Shown here piece by piece: positions 58,011-62,855 of a stretch of 62,855 nt of DNA (position 1 is the stretch's first letter; every line of letters starts with the position of its first letter). Both the position numbers and the translations under genes were made by a program. The notes under the pieces are model-generated. The model was not told the origin of the DNA, ran no database searches, and was given only the letters and a program-made list of their open reading frames with translations. The stretch spans positions 1-62,855 of the forward strand of contig JALAGF010001869.1 in the NCBI GenBank assembly GCA_030167865.1. The letters are read 5' to 3'. This DNA is from Craspedostauros australis (lineage: Eukaryota).

Positions 58011-58994
58011 GTTGCCAATCACCTCTACTTCTTTCCGGCTGATCGAGGTCGGTACAGGACAATGATAGCAAGGACCGACTGGCTCTTGATCGTTGTTATC
58101 GGTTGGGCACAATGAGGTTGTGCTTGTGAGCGGGGATTGTTGTTGATGTTGTTGATGCTATTGCTTTGGTTGCTGTTATTGTCGTTGTTGTCGCTGTTGC
58201 AGAGTATTATTGGTGCCGATGGTGAATACGCCATGTGTTGTGAATTCGGTAGCGCAGAGTACCACACGTGCACGAACACACAAACGGAGAAAGGCGTTCA
58301 GTTTTTGCACGCGAAGCTACACGGAATTGTTGACATTCGCTGCGTTTCCGTAAGCTGGCACGAGTTAGCGCGATCGCCCATTCCGTCACACACTGTGCCA
58401 TGTGCCAGAAAATGTGACAGATACAACCTCCTCGCTTCAAGAGCGCGCCGCTGCGCATGAAGTGTCTCATCGGATACCAATGGTTAAGTAAAATTGCGAC
58501 GACAAGACACGCGCACAGTCGATGCGACACGATTGCACGCCGTCCTGTCAGATGTGATCGCCAATAGACAGTCCGACTACTTTGAATGAGATGATGTGGT
58601 CATGCTGGTCGATTGGGTCAGCGTCGATTTGACGCAGCCTACGGAAACTAGTGTAGATTGTCGATCCTTGACGTTGGTTTCAAGTCTATCTCTGCCTTGT
58701 ACTCCATACAGACAGAGAGAGAGAGAGTCGAGGACTCTCGAGAGCGTTGCTCTCTCTGTCTCTCCCTCTCTCTCTCGTACTTGTCTACTCTACTCTTGAC
58801 TCGACTTGGTATTGGATCATACAGCGCTCTGCTTTGATTGTGGAGCCATCAACAAGGAAATGGTTTGGACTATTCCCTCCGGAGAGGTTCTTACTCTCCA
58901 TCAAATGTTGCAGTGCTCAGCTACACTGGACAAAATCATGTTCGTACTCCAATTCGCGCACCCGGCAACCTCGATCTCGACCTCGATCTGAGCC

Positions 58995-61900
58995 TCAACA
59001 AAAGAAGCCACCGCAGTAGGACTGCGATCGGCCATCGTCCTCCGAGATCACCGTCATCATTCCGTCATCGGCTGTGATGGATCCAAGTGAATGGAAGTAC
59101 GTTCTGCCTGAATCGTCCATGGGCTCGCAGTCGGTGCGGAGACTGTCGTCCATTTCGGTGCCATTGAATTCGGTCTCGCTAGTGTCTGTCATGTAGTCGA
59201 CGGTTCCTGCAGCGTGTGACTCATCCGCATCCCTTCCATGGGTCTCACTGTCGCAGCTGTCTGAGCTGGTTGTGGAACAGGAATCATCGCTTGCATGGGT
59301 GCGGGCATCGCGGCGGATCCTGTTGCCTTCAGTGGAAAGAGCGATTGGGAGATCATTGAGATGCAGCTCTTTCGGTGGTCCCTGTCCAGAACCGGTGCCA
59401 TTCCGAGATCGTTGGTTCTTCCTCTTCTTCTTCCTCGTTGTCGAAGTTGTCGTCTTCTGCTTCTTCTCTTTCTTCTTGCTATCTCGAATCTTCCGACGGC
59501 ACCGTTCCGCAATCGTGGTTATCAATTCTCTCTCTTCCATTCCGTAGCGGCTGGCATACATCTCTAGCGTCAGGATTGCATTCTGCAGATCTCGCACCTT
59601 CGATTTGTTCACGGATGAAGTGCGCGATGATGAGACCTTGGACGACGTGTCTGCCTCCACGGTGCGAGTTCTGGACGGGGATCGGAGGACTTCTGTGGTC
59701 TTTTTCTTTTCAATCTCCGTCGCTAGCTTTCTGGCTCGTCGCACCGAGCGCACGAGGTCCTGCAAGGTGAGCCCGTTGAAGGTCTCAAGCTCTTCCTCCG
59801 CCTCACTCGACGCCGTCGCATCGCTATTGGAGCGCATCCTGCGGGTGATCTTCGAGCTGGCGGACGTCTCGTCCTTCGTATCGCTGAATGCAGCATCTGA
59901 CTCTTTGGCAACATAATAAGCTTTATCTTCTCCGGCAGTTCTGCTTTCGCCTTCGCTTCCGCTGGCCTCCTCAGCTTCACCGTCATCTCGAGCATCATGT
60001 TTATGCTTGCTCATACAAACGTGCCTCATGTCGCTGGGGTTGCGAGCATCAATTTCACACACGGGATCAGTATCCGGCGCGAGCTCATGGCGAGGGGAGT
60101 GCTGCTGCTGCTGCTGCTGCTGGTGTAGTGCAATAGATTGCTGGAACATCTCGACAAGATCGACGCCCACAGCCACATCACCTTCCTGTTGAAGACTTGG
60201 CGAGAACATCACGATGTCGAAAGGAGATAGAGAAGGATCCGAATCGCCAACAGCTTGGGTGGTATCGAGCGTCGAGCGGCTGCCTCTCGATCTCTGGGCC
60301 AAGGATGACGCACTGTCATTGCTGGTCACGTGTTGGTGATGGTGCGAAGGCTGAGCATGCTGTGCGATCGTTGCTTTGCGGTTTTGCAGCATCGGACCCG
60401 GTGAAGGCTTCCTCCTTGCCTCCCCCAACTGCCGCTTCCTCGTGCTCTGTGTCCGCTGAGGCGACATGGGTGGCATGGAGTTCCTGCTGGCACGAATGCG
60501 ATCGCTGGCGCTGCTCCTGGGTGATTTCCGCAGTGTCTGACCCCGTTTCCTATGCCCACCTGGAGAAGGACTGGATTGGCGCCGATTTCTGGAGGTGCGC
60601 TTGCCTCTGAGTCTTCTGCCAGACGGCGACATCGGAGGCATGCCCCTGGCAGCTCTCGACGACCTCGGATCTACAGATGCACCCATTTGTTTCGACCAGA
60701 AGTTCCATCTGTTTGTTCTCGGTGTGTGTTGGTGATAATCTTCTTCACGATCACCGTGCATCATCCTTGCTCCATGACGAGTGCTGTGTTGCTCAGGTGT
60801 GTCGGAAGAATCGTCGACGTCGATCATCTGTTCAGCAGCACTGCGTTCCACCTGAACGTGTCCGAGTCGTTTGAGGGAATGGAACTTCCTTCCGATCTGC
60901 GTCCCTGCGATCAGAACTGAATGGATGAACCTGTTGTCAGGTGATTTGATTGCAATCAACTCCACCTCTTCCGCAACTTTGGAATGGTGTCCCGTCGCTC
61001 CGTCAGCGCCGTCTGGGTAGTTCCCATCTGGCCGATGCGCTTCGGCATGTTGAGATTCGGGTGCAGGCATGTACTTGGCCGCATGACGACGTTCTGCCTT
61101 GAAGTGCGCAGGTTGAGATGGAGAGCCATTGGATGCAATTCTTGGTGAATGTGTTGGATGATTTGATGGTGATGCCATCCTGTTTGCCGCTCTCCTGCCA
61201 CCGTCAGTGCTTCTGCTCATAGTCATGGCCGTGGTCGTGTTGGTGCTCTTCGTCGAAACTGTCTGCGCGCTGTTAAGGGTCTGTTTGCGGCTGCGGCTGC
61301 GACTGAGACTGCGGTTGTGCCTTCGGTTGACGCTCCTGCTCCTGCTTCTGCTGCTATTTCTGCCGCCACTCCAGCCACCGCTGCCGATATTTATTCTCGG
61401 AAATCGTCGGGTAGAAGTGCTTGTCTTCGTTGCCTGTTGGGTGTTGCTGTCATTGTGAGGCCTCCGTCTTGCCATTGACGCTACGCTCGCAATAGCTGTT
61501 GCGACTTTGCTTTGCCGTCCCTTCTGCGGTGATTGGGCTTGCGCCGTTGGCGATGTTCCACCTTTCTTTGGTACGGATGGCGAGACGGTGCGATTCCGTC
61601 GAGGTGAATGCGACCTGGACCTTGATCTCGATCTGGGTCGAAGTGGCGGCTGCGAAGATGGCCGTGCTTGCGTCCGCACCTGCACCCGTGGCCTTGATTG
61701 TGAGTGTGATCTTGACAGTGATCGTGCCTGTGATCGCGATTGCCGAGCGTTGAGATCGTGCTTGGCACGTGAAGGCGAGCTCCGACGACGGTCGAGACCC
61801 GCCTGAAGCGGCGAGGTGGGAGCAACATCCTGCGTATCAAGTTGGTTGGAAATGCACCCGATATCATCTGAAGGTGCGGGCTCCCTGGCACTTGGATTGT

Positions 61901-62348
61901 TGCGGCTCGTCGGGTTGCTGTGATAGTTGTTTGCCGTGGCACAGTCCGATCGACATTCATCGTCATCCATCGCTTCATCACCATCCTCAATCGTAGCTTC
62001 CCTATCAGCGACATCACCGCTGTGGCCATCTCGATTTGTGCTTTGCACGTTGGTTTGAAACATCGACTTCATGCCCTTGTCCACCGTGCTGGTGAACGCG
62101 ACAGCTGCGTTGCTGGCAAAGCGCAAGACGCTGTTCGTGGATGCAGTCGCCGACGCTGGCGTCGATGCTGCCACTGGCATCGCTTTCTTCCTTGATGTCG
62201 TTGGAATCGCTGTTAGAGCTGATGCCGCTGCGATCGCTTGGTTTGTCGTCGTGTCGCCTGTTGTTGCTTTGCCACTATCGAATGCGTCCAAGTGTGGATG
62301 CGCAGAATGACGCAGAATTCCGCGGCTCCGAGTGTCCGCATCCATCAT
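58995..62348 (-). CDS. hypothetical large disordered R/S-rich protein
   Basis: Long intronless ORF, first ATG at 62348. RS-dipeptide runs, a helical island near the C-terminus, ends YCGGFFC. Confidence 0.75.
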   Translation of the reverse strand: MMDADTRSRGILRHSAHPHLDAFDSGKATTGDTTTNQAIAAASALTAIPTTSRKKAMPVAASTPASATASTNSVLRFASNAAVAFTSTVDKGMKSMFQTNVQSTNRDGHSGDVADREATIEDGDEAMDDDECRSDCATANNYHSNPTSRNNPSAREPAPSDDIGCISNQLDTQDVAPTSPLQAGLDRRRSSPSRAKHDLNARQSRSQARSLSRSHSQSRPRVQVRTQARPSSQPPLRPRSRSRSRSHSPRRNRTVSPSVPKKGGTSPTAQAQSPQKGRQSKVATAIASVASMARRRPHNDSNTQQATKTSTSTRRFPRINIGSGGWSGGRNSSRSRSRSVNRRHNRSLSRSRSRKQTLNSAQTVSTKSTNTTTAMTMSRSTDGGRRAANRMASPSNHPTHSPRIASNGSPSQPAHFKAERRHAAKYMPAPESQHAEAHRPDGNYPDGADGATGHHSKVAEEVELIAIKSPDNRFIHSVLIAGTQIGRKFHSLKRLGHVQVERSAAEQMIDVDDSSDTPEQHSTRHGARMMHGDREEDYHQHTPRTNRWNFWSKQMGASVDPRSSRAARGMPPMSPSGRRLRGKRTSRNRRQSSPSPGGHRKRGQTLRKSPRSSASDRIRASRNSMPPMSPQRTQSTRKRQLGEARRKPSPGPMLQNRKATIAQHAQPSHHHQHVTSNDSASSLAQRSRGSRSTLDTTQAVGDSDPSLSPFDIVMFSPSLQQEGDVAVGVDLVEMFQQSIALHQQQQQQQHSPRHELAPDTDPVCEIDARNPSDMRHVCMSKHKHDARDDGEAEEASGSEGESRTAGEDKAYYVAKESDAAFSDTKDETSASSKITRRMRSNSDATASSEAEEELETFNGLTLQDLVRSVRRARKLATEIEKKKTTEVLRSPSRTRTVEADTSSKVSSSRTSSVNKSKVRDLQNAILTLEMYASRYGMEERELITTIAERCRRKIRDSKKKEKKQKTTTSTTRKKKRKNQRSRNGTGSGQGPPKELHLNDLPIALSTEGNRIRRDARTHASDDSCSTTSSDSCDSETHGRDADESHAAGTVDYMTDTSETEFNGTEMDDSLRTDCEPMDDSGRTYFHSLGSITADDGMMTVISEDDGRSQSYCGGFFC

Positions 62349-62855
62349 CGTCACGTTGCTCGTAATCACACCGTCTTGGTTGTCTGATGTAATGACTTCG
62401 GAATGAACAGAAGGAATAACACCGACAGTGTTGAGGTTCCACTTTGTCTGTTGTCGGCTTTGTGCAGTTCCTGTGGGAATGGGCGCACAGAGAGAGAGCA
62501 GAGGATGTGGAGCCGTTGTTGTGGATGGAGGTAATCACCACACTCGCGATACACATGGATGATCTTGTGGTCTGCCATCGCCATCGCCACAACCACACCG
62601 CACAACTCCACTTTTCGCGGGGCGAGGGAGACGCGCTTGGCGACTCGATTCCGTGTCATCGTTGTCCGTTGGACGTCCTTCGGACTCCGCTGTTGGCACC
62701 GACCGTTGTAGCCGCTTCGCAAATGTGCGAGAGCGCATTCCCGTGTTTGTGGTGTCACTTGCTTCCTTCAATGGGAGTTGAGGTAAACGCAGGCGAAGAC
62801 CTTCTTGTCGCAGAAAAGCCACCTGGTCGAACTGGTCACAGACTAAATTAGTGCT

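Overview
This is eukaryotic genomic DNA, most likely from a diatom or another stramenopile with a complex plastid. That assignment is inferred from GT-AG spliceosomal introns that I could join in frame, bipartite signal+transit presequences with ASAFAP-like cleavage sites, frequent microsatellites and long intronless low-complexity ORFs. About 18 protein-coding genes can be supported. The recognisable ones are a RecB/AddB/Cas4-like PD-(D/E)XK nuclease, a 3-exon Vtc1-like (DUF202) polyphosphate protein, a Tic22-like plastid protein, a DUF4442 hotdog thioesterase, a membrane-anchored RBR E3 ligase, a LARP4-like La-related protein, a 4-exon membrane-anchored cyclophilin, an atypical ABC-domain membrane protein, a USP deubiquitinase and an ArgA/NAGS-like protein with only the AAK domain. 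The rest are orphans, including five large disordered proteins. I found no rRNA, tRNA, CRISPR array or intact transposon, and no obvious multi-gene novel system. The best leads are: an organelle-targeted bacterial-type nuclease with a probable Fe-S cluster and a histone-H1-like arm; a Tic22 homologue carrying a twin-arginine thylakoid-type signal; a GNAT-less NAGS; a degenerate ABC ATPase; a type-I-membrane KKxx cyclophilin; and the giant disordered orphans, two of which share an unrecognised 27-aa motif.
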